Source of the DNA: Eledone cirrhosa
Lineage: Eukaryota
NCBI GenBank assembly: GCA_964016885.1
Contig: OZ024742.1
Span: 213,280,001 to 213,344,000, forward strand
DNA length: 64,000 nt
Direction: 5' to 3'
The position numbers and the translations under genes were made by a program. Positions 50,201 to 63,160 of this stretch are shown piece by piece. Position 1 is the first letter of the stretch. Every line of letters starts with the position of its first letter. The notes beneath the pieces were generated by a model that saw nothing but the letters and a program-made list of their open reading frames with translations, searched no databases and had not been told where the DNA came from.

Positions 50201-53083
50201 CGGATTAGCACTTTAGTTAAGCAGCACTTTACGGGGGCCATTGTCAACAACAGATGGTGGTACTCTCTCAAGAGGGCAGTTAGATTAGACTCGATGGGTT
50301 TAAGTAAAGAATTAGTGTTAGATATAAATAAGACCGAAAAGGAACTGGTAGATAAAGTATAAGAGGCACTTAGGAGTGGCAACGTAGCCAGCGTGCTGGC
50401 GACGAGAACGGCCTTAGACCAGTTATTCGACGCAAAGCATGAAGGTTGCGTTGTCAGGAGCAAAATACGTGCTCTGGGAAACAAGGGAACCAAAGCTGTT
50501 AGCTGGGCCCGGGTGACGGGGGCAAAAAGTGGCAACAAGTCCGCGATTCGGTCTTTGAAGGACCAAGACGGACCCGTGATACGTGAGCCGAAGCAGATGT
50601 GCGTGGCCTTTCAGTCGCACTGTGCTCAACTGTTCGGGCAGGGCGGCGCGCCGGGAGGGGCTATGGATTTCGGTCCATACCTCGACGGCCTGCCGCGACT
50701 CTCAGACAGCGAGGCGAATTTATGCGAAAGGCCGATTTCGGCCGCTGAGATAGGGGCGCGCTGAGCCAATGCGGCAAATGCAAATTTCCAGGTCTCGACG
50801 GTCTACCCTACGAATTGTACGTAGCAATGCCGGCCTTGTTCTCCGGTCTCCTGGAAGCGGTCTACTGCAACTGGCAGCAGAACGGGAGAATTCCCAGTTC
50901 TGTGACTAACAGCGTAGTCACGTTAGTCAGGAAGGACAAGAATAAGGGGGATGACATAGGCAACTTCCGGCCCATAACTCTGCTTAACACAGAGTTACAG
51001 ATTTTGGTCAAGGTGTTGGCAAAGAGGCTGGCGCTTGTCATCGAAAACTTGGTGTGAGAAGCGCAGACATGCGCAATCCCGACCAGGTCCATACACGACA
51101 GCCTCCACCTCATGCGATACATCATAGAGAGGGTAGGGTGTAAACCCAGCTTCGGTCGGTCCCTGATCAACTTGGATCAGTCTAAGGCTTTCGATAGGGT
51201 TTTCGATAGGGTTGACCATCGTTACCTGGATGCGGTGCCCGAGGCGGCAGGTTTCGGACCCGTGTTCAGGGGCTGGATTGCTGCAATGCACAGAAGCAAC
51301 ATCTGCTCAAGGGTCAAGGTGAACGGCTACCTCTCGGAGCCGTTCCATATCACGCGACCAATCCGACAGGGATGTCCTCTCTCCTCCCTTCTGTACGTAC
51401 TGACTCTCGAGCCACTACTGAGGAAGTTGGAGCTATTGCAGGGCATCCCTTTGGAACCGGGACTGCGAAAAGCGGCGCCGGCCTACGCCGATCACGTGAC
51501 AGTAATGGTGTCGAGCACCTAGCAAATCGGGGAGTTCGGCACCTTACTGAAGGAATACGAAAGGTTCAGAGGAGCGAGCTGAACCGGTGCAAACCCGACG
51601 GTTTGCAACTCGGAACGTGGAGAGGCAAACCGATGCCTTCCGATGGCGTCGTCGGACGCTGGACGGAAGGACTGGTATAGCTGCTAGGGTCTGGTTTGAT
51701 CCAGACCTCCAGGTGGAGAAGAACTGGAAAGAAGTGACGGCCGAGGTGTTTGCGCTCACCCAGAAGTGGACCGAATGCAAACTATCCCTCAGCGGAGGTG
51801 ACGAAAACTTTTATAGCGTCCGTCATCTACTACCGCTTGACCGTCGTGCCTTGCCCGTCCAAAACGCTCACCAAAATGGAGCGCGCGCTCTTCCAATTCC
51901 TTTGGAAGAAACGGGCTCCTTTGGTGAGAAGATCCATCTGCTGCCAACACCCTTCAAACGGAGGGCTGGGGTTACCGTAGCTGACGATGCGCAAACACGC
52001 GCTCAGGCTGCGACACCTCCACGTATTCCTCACCGGACAACCGGTGTGGGCCCCGTTCGTGATCCGATTCTTCCCACGACTCGTTTCGCTGACCGAGCTG
52101 CAGTCCTGGGTAAAGCAAAGACAGAGGAAAATGGGCGACTGGCACATCGAATGTGCTCAGGCGCTCACAGTCCTCTGGCAAACGGACCCGGCAATCAGTG
52201 GAGACTCCACTTTGTCATTCTATAGAGCGTTGGTCCGCAGCAAGTACGACGATGCGCTCGGAGAAACTCTGGGCGTAGAGGAGGAGGAACTGGCCAGTCT
52301 GTTCGGTGGGAACTTCCACCCGGCACAATGGACAACTTCCAAAAGTCCTGGCCTGGCAGTGCTACCGAGTAACTCTACCAGTTTGAGACAAGCTCTACAG
52401 ACAAGGGCGCCTGGGCAGGGACCCTTCGAAAAAGATCTGTCCGACATGCGTGCGCGACGAGAAAACCGTCGCGCACGCATTTATACACTGCCCTGGCTTT
52501 ACGGACCTGTGGGGCTATGTAGAACGACTATTGTCGCGGGTGGGACCAATCCAATTGACCACCGAGTCCATTGTCATGATCAAACCTCCCCCCCCCCCCC
52601 CAAAAAAAAAACGAAGGAGAGGCGGTTTTCCTATGTGCTATGGCTATGTGATATGGCTATGGACGAGGTTAAAAGGGCTGAGGTCAGACACCTTTCTCTC
52701 TGGCGAACAACTGATTCGTTTTTTCAAATATCATTTTGGAAGAAGAATCAGAATATAGAGAGAGGTGCTGTACCCCAGCAAATTTTATAAAAGGTGGGTG
52801 AATGTGGCAAAGATGGTCCGAGTGATTGGACCTTCTCTCTATACAAGCCTGTAGGTTGAGGAAAAATAGGAAGAGAAGAAGGGAGTACTCACTCTTGGTG
52901 CTCCTGGAGATGAGGGTTGTACATTTTTTCGGGGTGTGTACAACCCCTGTGTAATGCCTCCCCCTATTGGGGATTTCAATTGTTATTTGTTATTTTATTA
53001 ATAGTTTTATTTTCATATACCTGTATGTAAACTCCCCATTTGTATTTGTCCCCTTCTTTTGTGCCTTTGTGGCTAATAAAAAA

Positions 53084-53084
<1 letters not shown>
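47273..53084 (+). mobile_element. Tx1/L1-clade LINE, unit 6 (subfamily C), apparently full length, decayed
   Basis: Distinct 5'UTR; ORF1 remnants 47485-49370 (CYRCLSSGHLRASC); ORF2 remnants 49411-52854; AATAAA 53075. Confidence 0.92.
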
Positions 53085-53115
<31 letters not shown>

Positions 53116-53140
53116 ATCTATCTATCTATCTATCTATCTA

Positions 53141-54445
53141 GAACTGGAACGGTTCACGGCGAAGGTGTTTGCACTCATCCAGAAGTGGGCTGAGTGCAAA
53201 CTGTCCTTGAAAGGTCGAGCAGAGGTGGCGAACACTTACATAGCGTCCGTCATCTACTACCGCTTGAAAGTCGTGCCTTGTCCCCGCGAACACCTCACCA
53301 AAATGGAACGCCTACTCTTCAAGTTTTTCTGGAAGAAACAGGCTCCATTGGTGAGGAGATCCATATGCTGTCAACAACCTTCTAACGGAGGGCTGGGCAT
53401 GCCGTGGCTGATGATGCGCAAACACCCGCTGAGGCTACGCCATCTCCAGGTATTCGTGACCGTCGAACCGGTATGGCAATCGTTTGTGAGGCGAGCTCTT
53501 CCGCAACTCGTCTCACTAACAGAGCTGCAGTCCTGGGTCAAGCGAAGACCGAAAATGGGCGCCTGGCACTCGAGAGTTTTCAAGCGCTCACAGCCCTCTA
53601 CCAAGCGAAAACGGAAATCAGCGGAGTCTCCACTTCGACATTCTATAGGGGATTAGTGGAGGTTAAGTGCGACTACGTTCTCAGGGAAACTCTAGGCGTC
53701 GAGGAGGACGAACTGACCAGTCTGTTCGGGAGGACTTTCTGTCCAGGGCCTATGGATACCTTCCAGAGGTCTCTGGCCTGGCAGTGCTACTGAGGACAAA
53801 ATCTACAGAGATCCTGCCAAAAGGACCTGTCCATGATGCGAGCAGGAAATCGAAACCGTTCTGCACGCAATTGTTCAGTGCCCAGGGGTGACCGACCTAT
53901 GGAATTATGTTGAACACTACTGTCACGTGTGGGACGCATCCAGTTGTCTGCCGAGTCCATCTTGAGGATCAACCCGCCGCTTTCATTTAAGAATGAAGGA
54001 GAGGCGGTTTTACTCTGTCTGGTGGTTATGGCGAAAGAGGTAATATGGTGGACGAGGTTAAAAGGACTGAGGGAAAACACCTTTCTCTCCGGACAACAAC
54101 TCTTCCCCTTCTTTAAGTACCACTTCAGAAGGAAGGTGAGAATGGAGAGAGAGGTGCTACACCCAGTAAATTCGTTGAAAGTTGGGTGAATGTGGCGAAA
54201 ATGGCCCGAGTCGATGGGCCTTCTCTGTATATAAACCTGTAGGTTGAGGAAGATAAACAGGGGGAAGAGAGGAACACCTACAAAACTTCTTCCTGGTGTT
54301 GAAGGTTGTTCTATCCACGAGGTATAAATCAACCCTGCAGTAACGTTCTCCCCTATTGGATATTTCAATTGTTATTTTATTATATATAGTTTATCGTTAT
54401 TTATTAATGTTAAAGTTATATGATTTTTATATAAAACCCCCGCGG
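53141..54445 (+). mobile_element. Tx1/L1-clade LINE, unit 7 (subfamily D), 5'-truncated after RT and lacking its extreme 3' end
   Basis: KLSLKGRAEVANT..GGLGMP..; TAG 54240; 3'UTR stems present but no terminal AATAAA/TATC. Confidence 0.88.
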
Positions 54446-54520
54446 GTAAATTCAAAGTGTTAACAAAGGAAAATAATTCCGCTCAACATTCCGAATAAAA
54501 GCTCTCAACTAGACGTTATT

Positions 54521-54599
<79 letters not shown>

Positions 54600-55564
54600 C
54601 ATGTGTATACTCTGGGAGTTTATTTAACATTAACTATTGAGTAAGCTGAGATGCAACCGGTCCTTGTAGTGATACCCATGCTAGTTCCGACAACTTATTA
54701 TTTTCTCCCAACTAGCAGAATAACAATGAGAGTAAGTTGAACAGTTTTGACGTTCTTTATTGTGTTTTAGTTTCATATACATTCTAATACCTGTTATACA
54801 TTTTCTCTCTCACTTACCTATTAAATCGTACAAGTTGTGAAATAGACCGGTTTACGCACGTGGTTGGTCGAAATATCTAGAATTCAGACTCTAACCAACG
54901 CACTACTCTATATCACTGTCTAATCACTGGTTGGCATTCAATGTCCATAACGGTTGTAGGCACTACCATTGTTACAATCGCACTATTTCTCGCCATGGGA
55001 CTTGGAGACTAGAGCCGAGTGCTAGCATTCTATTGTACGGCGATTGGAGACTGAATTTTTCTAATAACCAATTTTTCACTAACTTATTAATTTATGTTTG
55101 AGATTTGTTGATTGAGTGCTTATGGCAGGAGCGGAACTATTTGAATTTCGTCTACTGCCATCGGCAGCCAATCAGGGGAGGGCATTGTGATGCGTAGAGA
55201 TTCCAGTTGCTAATCGTTTTACTGTGTTGGCCGTCACTTACAGTCATAGCCGACACGGACTGGAGTCGAATTCTGTCGATCGATTGGTTATTGATTAGGC
55301 AAAACCTGCTGATGAAACCACATGCACCGATTGTGCATTGTTGCACAATATATGTGGACGGAGGGTGCTGCGCATTCTATTGTTGCATTAAGTTTGACCG
55401 AAACTCGAGTTCGGGAATAATTGAAGGTACCCGTTTGCGTGCGTTGTATTGAAGCATCGAAGCGAATAACTATGTGTATACTCTGGGAGTTTATTTAACA
55501 TTACTTATTGAGTACGGTGAGATGCGACAGGTCCTAGCAGTGATAGCCATGCCAGTTCCGTCAA

Positions 55565-55568
<4 letters not shown>
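54600..55568. repeat. ~95-bp imperfect direct repeats (54600-54697, 55472-55568) bracketing ~780 bp
   Basis: atgtgtatactctgggagtttatttaacatta..gttccg.caactta occurs twice; (TA)n on both flanks. Confidence 0.8.
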
Positions 55569-55613
<45 letters not shown>

Positions 55614-56682
55614 CGAGAATATAAATTAAATTTTGTTTGTGTAGATGAAATAAATTATATTTGAGGTGAATAAAGCGCAAACAAAATAAGTATGTAGGAC
55701 TGCTTACCAAATGTTCTTTCTCAGCGCGTTCCTTGTAGTGTAGCATAGGTGTCCAGTTAAAAAGGTCAAGGTACAATTTCCAAGGAGAAAACCACGGAGT
55801 ATTTATAAGTATATGTATGGTTCCAACAAAAAACAAGAAAAACTAACCAAGAAGTGGACAGAAGAAGTTTATTGTGTGTTGAATATTTAACATATGTTTC
55901 TGTACAATTACGTAACCGTCTACATGCGGTGACTGACTGCATTATACAATTCTCATTCGTATGCATTATGTGTCTATGATCGCGCTTCATCAGAAAGAAG
56001 TTAACAGGGGTAAGAAAAAAATTGGTTATACTCCGAGGTGTGCGTACCGCATTTCTGCAATAAACATTACGCACTGCTGACAAAACTAAAGTACAAAACA
56101 TTGGTACATATAGAAATTCAGAATCAAAATATAATATGCAAATAACAAAAATAGTAAACAAAATTAATAAATAAAGAAGAAATACATGAATTACAATAAA
56201 TATATCAAGTATATATACAATACGTGTAGGTGTGCAGAGGGATTACAATCCAGATAACCAATGAGAAGAGTTTAGAAAGAGGAAATGATGAAATATCGTT
56301 AAAAGTCTATAAATTAAATTGGGAGGCAAAGTATTAGGTTTTATCCCAACAGAAACCTACAATAGAAAGAACAAGCGTGCACCGAGAAGAATAAAGGTGG
56401 CGAGAATGTGGGTGGTGTGATTAGTGAGCGGATACAGAGGCACAGGATCCAATCCTTTGCTGGCCAGGGGGATATTTAATGTCTTATGTTGGCAGTTAAA
56501 GATTCTATCGTCTCGCGAGTTCAACAGATATGATCCATCACAAAAAGATTACAGGAGCGTCATTCTGGTATGGGCGGGCGAATCTTGTCTCTGACTAAGA
56601 CTAAGAAAGTGCATAATACATATTATCTTTGTGTAATCTTTGTGTGATGGAAATATTAGAAATTACTATATATATATATATA

Positions 56683-57216
56683 ACCAAAGATTAATATGGT
56701 TCACTGATTACTCAATGAATATAGTTTTACAATAGATTAAAAGCACTCTACAAAGAAAGTTTTCTGGAGTTATTAATATTATTCAAAATATTAATAAATG
56801 AAGACATTCACATAATCAAAATATATATTTTATTATATATATTTCGGAGGTACTGTCGTGTTTTTTCAGTACGTCCTCATCAGATAAAATATATGAATTG
56901 ATGTATGACATACCTCAACTGTCTTGATAGTTCAATTCCAGTATTGGCATTGATTTATTACAACAAATCTCAATATTTATATACACAAATAATAACATGA
57001 TAAACTTAAATATGATGAAGAAGAGGATGTGGAGCGAGATATAGGTATAAGGAGGGGGTGAGTATGAGAACATGTAAGAAAAAATAAATAAACACATACG
57101 TACATAAATATTTAAATATTTAAATGCGTAAATATCTGTGTTAGGGAAGAAAAGGAAGAGAGAGAGGAGATAGATAGAAGAGAAGAAAAAAGAAGAGAGA
57201 AAAAAGAAGAGAAGAT

Positions 57217-57257
<41 letters not shown>

Positions 57258-58612
57258 AGACGTAACTGCAAAAAAGAAAGAATGAAAGAAAGAAAGATGA
57301 AAGGGACATGATGCGTGACCGTTGTTTTCAAATATTAAGTCAAATAGAAGCGACCAATTAAATACCGTGAAATTTTTAATATCTTTTGTATTTGGTTATG
57401 TTTGAGCTAATTATATCAAAATTAAACAATATAAAAATATTTTCTATAATAATCAGAAGCATAGTTCAATTAATAAATATATTCAATATTTTGTTACAAA
57501 ATTCAAAGATCAAAAACATTTTACCTATCAAGCAAGTTTACAAACATATTAAATAAGCATATTTACCACAACTTATTCGCATATCACCATCAGTATATGC
57601 ATTTTATATAATGTTTAGAATTATTATCTGAATTATTCTTTTTACATTATAAACAGTTGTCAATTACTTATAGGATAAATAAGTAGTTATATTTACTCTT
57701 GAAAGTATTCTTATTTCGATTTTAATTCCGTAACTATATCATAATATCATAATATATGTAGTTTCCCTTTAAGGATTAATATCATGTTAAATATACATTA
57801 TTAATCCATTTGGATAGAACGAAAATTATATACGAAGAATGTAAACAAAGGAAGGTAATCCATATGTGATCATTTATATTAACTAAGTGCTTTGAAAGCC
57901 AGAAGATATTTCAAACCGCAAATTCAGAAAATTCTAGTTATACAATGACCATTCTAAAAACCGAACTTAGGATAGTGATTTACATCATGAGCTTAATTTA
58001 CTATATAAAAAAACCGATATACAATTTTTAAGGTAAAGCAAAACATTATATATATAATAATAATAATATTTCAAGAATTATAGTCAATATTTTTTCCCTT
58101 CTTAGTCAGTATCTTTTTCTAAATTTGTATGATGCTTGAAATGTCTTTCCAGATTTATGGAGACAAGTTGCAAATAATTCATTTTTTTTTATTAATTAAA
58201 TTACCATAATTGGTAATTATTAATAGACTTTCTAAATTGCAAAGATTGCAGTTTGGTGAAATGGAAGCGTTCCGATACGAATCAGAATTCCTAAGTTTAC
58301 ACCAAGAAATTGAGTATTTAATATTTTTCTCTTTTAAAGACCATATTAATTGTGATAATGAAGTAGAACATTTTTTTATCTGGATTTGAGAAAGAATGTT
58401 TATGATTGGAAAAGCTAAACTTAAAGTTCGATGAAGTTGTGTATATAAATATTGAGATTTGTTGTAATAAATCACTGCCAATACTGGAATTGAAGCATTA
58501 AGACAGTTGAGGTATGTCATACATCAATTCATATATTTTATCTGATGAGGACATACTGAAAAAACAGTACAGTACCTCCGAAATATATATAATAAAACAT
58601 ATATTTTGATTA
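56683..58612 (-). mobile_element. Penelope-like element (family b), 5'-truncated in the endonuclease, with inverted pLTR
   Basis: Inverted arms 56810-56925 / 58500-58612; remnant STSLSQLIWSLKEKNIKYSISW..SY..CNLCNLE..LINKK (Naiad-like GIY-YIG C-terminus). Confidence 0.82.
58536..58597 (+). ncRNA. Minimal hammerhead ribozyme, canonical core; opposite-strand copy at 56828-56889
   Basis: TTTTAT-CTGATGA-GGA.ATACTG..CAGTAC.TCC-GAAA-T-ATAT-ATA|ATAAAA. Confidence 0.8.
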
Positions 58613-59109
58613 TATATATATATATATATATAGGAACCAGTAAGACCCCGACAGCTGAGCTCAAGCCGTTTCGACGGCTAATTCTGGACTAAATGAAAAT
58701 TTATCCTGGTATTTAAATAGCCGATCTTCTCAAGGGGTAATTCCATATATGGTCAAAGTGATTGTCAAAAATCGGTAGTAATTCTGTGGTTGCAAATTAG
58801 TAGGGGAGATGGTGGCTAAACCTGCCAGTAGGAGAAAGAGGGGAGGGGGTGGAGTAGACCCAATCAAGCGTTGGTAGTGCCAGCTACAGCTGGGCATGAG
58901 GTCAAAGAAGATACAGGGGAGGGGGAGGGGGAGGAAGTCGGAACGGTAGGTAGAACAATGGGGGGTAGAAATAGGAAAGAAAAAAAAAAAAAAAAAAAAA
59001 AAATACTGAGAGTGAAGAAAGGCAAATAAGTGTAAAGAAAAGTAAAGTAAATTAAATTCTACGACCTAGGTGTCAGGCTATTGTTAGGCGAGAATAAAAT
59101 AAAGAAAGT

Positions 59110-59568
59110 GGAGAACCGACCAGGAGGTGTAACTGCCCGGATAGATCTATTTGCCCACTCGACAATAGATGCAGAGACCGTAATGTGATCTACCAGTGCA
59201 ACGTGAGGACGGATACCTCCAACAAAGCCTATATAGGACTTACCGCATGTGACTTCAAGACCCGGCTATACCAACTTAGACATACCTTCCGAAACCCGGC
59301 CCGGCGTCACGCCACTACACTTTCGGGCCACATATGGGACCTCAAGGACAACAGCATCACCTATGATCTCACTTGGAGATTACTGTCCAGAGCCAATTCT
59401 TACACGGGAGGACGCCGTCCGTGCAATTTATGCTCGGAGGAAACTTTACAAATGCTGTTTTCGACGGACCAACTCCTAAACAAGAAAGATGAACTGGTTA
59501 CTGCATGTAAACATAGATTGCGTAGGACTTACCTCGCCCTCAAACCCCATAATGACCCGGGGGGGTAG
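59110..59568 (+). CDS. PLE GIY-YIG endonuclease domain (Naiad-like), open but 5'-truncated
   Basis: RCNCPDRSICPLDNRC..NVIYQCNV..AYIGLT..FKTR..TTLSGHIWDLK..CNLCSEE..LLNKKDELVTACKH. Confidence 0.85.
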   Translation, partial: GEPTRRCNCPDRSICPLDNRCRDRNVIYQCNVRTDTSNKAYIGLTACDFKTRLYQLRHTFRNPARRHATTLSGHIWDLKDNSITYDLTWRLLSRANSYTGGRRPCNLCSEETLQMLFSTDQLLNKKDELVTACKHRLRRTYLALKPHNDPGG

Positions 59569-60680
59569 ACTAGGGCTATAACACCCCAGTTGCTGATTTT
59601 GCAATGGGTAACCCCTGCTTGCCAAGGAAGACGTAAGATCTTCTTTGTATTCTTTTATCGCTTCCTTTATTTCCTTCCCCCCTCTCCCCTTTGTCCTTCT
59701 ACCCCAGCTCTTCTCCTTTGTCGGCGTCTTTTCTCGCCCACCCGAGGCTGCCCTTTGGCCCCATGTAGCCCTAGTACCCCCCCCTCCCCTAGTCTTTGAT
59801 AGATTTGGCGGACTCCGCCCTTTATAGCAGTTGGCTTAGACCCCGGATACTTTCCCCCTTTTTCCGACCGCTCCCACTATTCTCTGTGCCCTCTATATTT
59901 CTTAGTGGCACATGCCTTATTTTTTCGTTTCAGTATTTCTTGCTTCGCTTTTCTTCTGGGCGGGGTGGATTCTGAATTTATTCTTCCGTATTCTACCTTT
60001 ACTTCGTACGAACTTTCATGTAGCTTGTTTTAGATCTTTTAGAGTTAGCATTAGTATATATGTTTCTCGGGACTCAGAATTATTATCTCGTACAAGTTCA
60101 CTTTGCTGCACTGGGTCGTTGCTGGCCCGGGATGGAAACCTTTATTGTTTATTTCGTGGTAGTCTCTTTAGTATTTTGGCCCCTTTTGTTGACCCGTCAC
60201 CGTATCATTTACGTACTTATACCTCTTAAAAGGGTCCTTGCCTTATCCGTCCCACCTAGTTCTCTCACTTATTTCCTTATTTATTTATTTATTTATTTAT
60301 TTACTTCTTTCTTTCTTTCTTTATTTTATTCTCGCCTAACAATAGCCTGACACCTAGGTCGTAGAATTTAATTTACTTTACTTTTCTTTACACTTATTTG
60401 CCTTTCTTCACTCTCAGTATTTTTTTTTTTTTTTTTTTTCTTTCCTATTTCTACCCCCCATTGTTCTACCTACCGTTCCGACTTCCTCCCCCTCCCCCTC
60501 CCCTGTATCTTCTTTGACCTCATGCCCAGCTGTAGCTGGCACTACCAACGCTTGATTGGGTCTACTCCACCCCCTCCCCTCTTTCTCCTACTGGCAGGTT
60601 TAGCCACCATCTCCCCTACTAATTTGCAACCACAGAATTACTACCGATTTTTGACAATCACTTTGACCATATATGGAATT

Positions 60681-60774
60681 ACCCCTTGAGAAGATCGGCT
60701 ATTTAAATACCAGGATAAATTTTCATTTAGTCCAGAATTAGCCGTCGAAACGGCTTGAGCTCAGCTGTCGGGGT
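60681..60774 (+). ncRNA. Hammerhead ribozyme (U3-A8 variant, family a), complete
   Basis: ACCCC-TTGAGAA-GATCGGCTA..TAGCCGTC-GAAAC-GGC-TTGAGCTCA-GCT-GTC|GGGGT. Confidence 0.75.
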
Positions 60775-60885
60775 CTTACTGGTTCCTATTACCCACTCTA
60801 CTACCTCAAGTATTGAGTACTTTGGTGCGTTATGGTCCACCTGGTTCCTTACCACATTTCCTTCGTTATATATATATATATATAT

Positions 60886-61271
60886 ATATTGGTGAACGGA
60901 ATAGAAAATGCTGACAAATTGTTCACAGTTGAAAAATGGTTTAATTAGGAATAAAAGAGTATTAGTGATTGTATGGGTTAGTATTCAGTTGTGGTTTTAA
61001 GTTTTTAAGTTTTTACCGGTTGCGCATTTCTAAATGCTTTTCAAAAATAACAGCACGGACACTCTATCTCAAAATTATTTTTGAAAAGCATTTAGAAATG
61101 CGCAACCGGTAAAAACTTAAAAACTTAAAACCACAACTGAATACTAACCCATACAATCACTAATACTCTTTTATTCCTAATTAAACCATTTTTCAACTGT
61201 GAACAATTTGTCAGCATTTTCTATTCCGTTTACCAATATATAATAACTTGTGTGTTACACCTCTATTCTTT

Positions 61272-61275
<4 letters not shown>
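60886..61275 (+). mobile_element. Fold-back PLE pLTR, ~165-bp arms, 24-nt spacer, hammerhead motif with GAAA->GCAA
   Basis: 60886-61050 is the reverse complement of 61075-61240; TTT-TTGAAAA-GCATTT ag AAATGC-GCAACCGGTA|AAA. Confidence 0.78.
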
Positions 61276-61318
<43 letters not shown>

Positions 61319-61918
61319 CGTTTCTGAATTTGTTTAGCAAGATTCTTTATCTGAAAACGTGTGTTGAAAAAGATATTGTTATGCTTTGGGAGGGTCATGT
61401 TGCCAATAAGAAACACACGCACCAGTTGCTTTCTCTTCAATTTATTATAAATTAAATTCCTAAATTTAGGAATTTATAAATTTCCGGTTGGTTGGTTGGT
61501 TCCACAACCAGACGATTGTTCATATATTGTCAAAGTTCTTTCGTCACACATTCTGTGACCTCTTCAGTGACTGGGGATTCTTTTCTTTGTTTTTTGCCTC
61601 TCCTTTGTTCTATCCTACGCCATCTTGTTTTTGTGTGTGTTGTGTGCTTAGTTTGCGCATGTGTTACATCTGGGTGTCTGTGTGTGTTTATATTTGTTTA
61701 TTTATTTGTTTATTTACATGTTACTGGTTGGTTGTTTGTTCTATGTGTGCGTTTTCATTTTGTCCTTAATTGTAAGTTGTGATGTTGCTGGTCCATTCAT
61801 GTTTTCTATTTAATTTTGGTTGTAAACTAAGTGTAAACTAATATATTCCTTCATTGTTCTGTGTCATTTGTTTTGTTATTTCTATTTACCTTTATATGCA
61901 TATATACATGCATCAAAC

Positions 61919-61972
<54 letters not shown>

Positions 61973-61974
61973 AC

Positions 61975-62064
<90 letters not shown>

Positions 62065-62269
62065 AATATAATCAATCAACTGATCAACTGATCATGGTTA
62101 TTGGCTTCAAATCGTCTCATGTGATATGTCATAGTTACAGAAATTACTCTTCAGGTCGTCACAGAAGAAAGCAGAAGATATTTAAAAGGATGAAAGGATA
62201 GAAAGATGGATAACATTTTTGAAATGTTTTATATATTTTTACGGTTCCATTAATGGATTGTACTTGTAA

Positions 62270-62710
62270 TTTCCTAACTAGTTGTGTTCTTCTCAAGATT
62301 TGTATTGCGACAGTTACTAACATACCCCAGTGCCCCAATAATCACAGGCATAAATCTGAAGGTGTAATCAGGGTGGAGTATCTGCAGATTTCTCATTAGT
62401 TCTGCATAAATATTCTTCTTTTCGCTAATCTTTGATATTATATTGGCAACTTCTGGGCAGCTAATTTCTACTACTGTGCATGCTTTCTTCTCTCTGTCCC
62501 ATATCATAATATCTGGTCTGTTATGCCTGCATTTTATTGGGGTTTTTACTGGAACATTCCACCAGTACTCTTTCATATTATGTACGTGGATGTCTTCCAC
62601 ATAGTTATATCTTTTAATGTGTTTATTATCGGGGCTATTTTTTTAACGGATTGCATTGTACAGTGTTTTGGCCACTACATCATGCCTCATAGGTAGATAG
62701 TACCGCGATG
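62270..62710 (-). mobile_element. R4/Dong-clade 3' fragment (RLE domain), paralogous to 1-320
   Basis: RYYLPMRHDVVAK, HNRPDIMIWD..VVEISCP..K..Y, PVIIGALG. Confidence 0.85.
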
Positions 62711-63160
62711 TTTACTTGGTGAGGAGGGTGATTTTGGACACCCTGCAGGACAAAAAACAAAACCTGACAAAGGGCGGAAGAACTCATAAGAGTCAACGGC
62801 CATCTAAAACTGTGTAAATATGTATATACATATGTATGTATATGTATATGCGTATATATATGGGTGCATGTGTATGTATATGCGCGGGGACATAGAAATA
62901 GTCGGGGTGGACACCCGATCGCGTGGTTAAACCACTGGGACTGAAGGTCCCCTAGCCTTTGTCAGGGCATTCTTCTGGGAGAAGGCAACTCAGGAAACTG
63001 GGATAACTCCGATATAAAACCTGCGGCTTAGTAGTTACCGATGATGTTGATCTTTTCTTCTCTTCGGGTTATAGCTACTATCGCTCAGAGAGTGGGATTG
63101 GCTCAGTGCAGAGCCTTTTCTCACTTTAAAAAATATCTTCACGCACAGGCATTGCACGAT
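62711..63160 (+). mobile_element. RTE-type 5'UTR fragment related to 12050-12690
   Basis: gaggagggtga.tttggaca.cctgcaggac.aaaaacaaaacctg.caaagggc and gagagtggga.tggct..gtgcag.gcc are shared. Confidence 0.55.

Larger units (their letters stand above)
58631..60866 (+). mobile_element. Penelope-like element (family a), 5'-truncated, ~475-bp near-perfect inverted pLTR arms
   Basis: 58631-59107 is the reverse complement of 60315-60788; endonuclease ORF between; 78-bp tail; (TA)n flanks. Confidence 0.9.
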
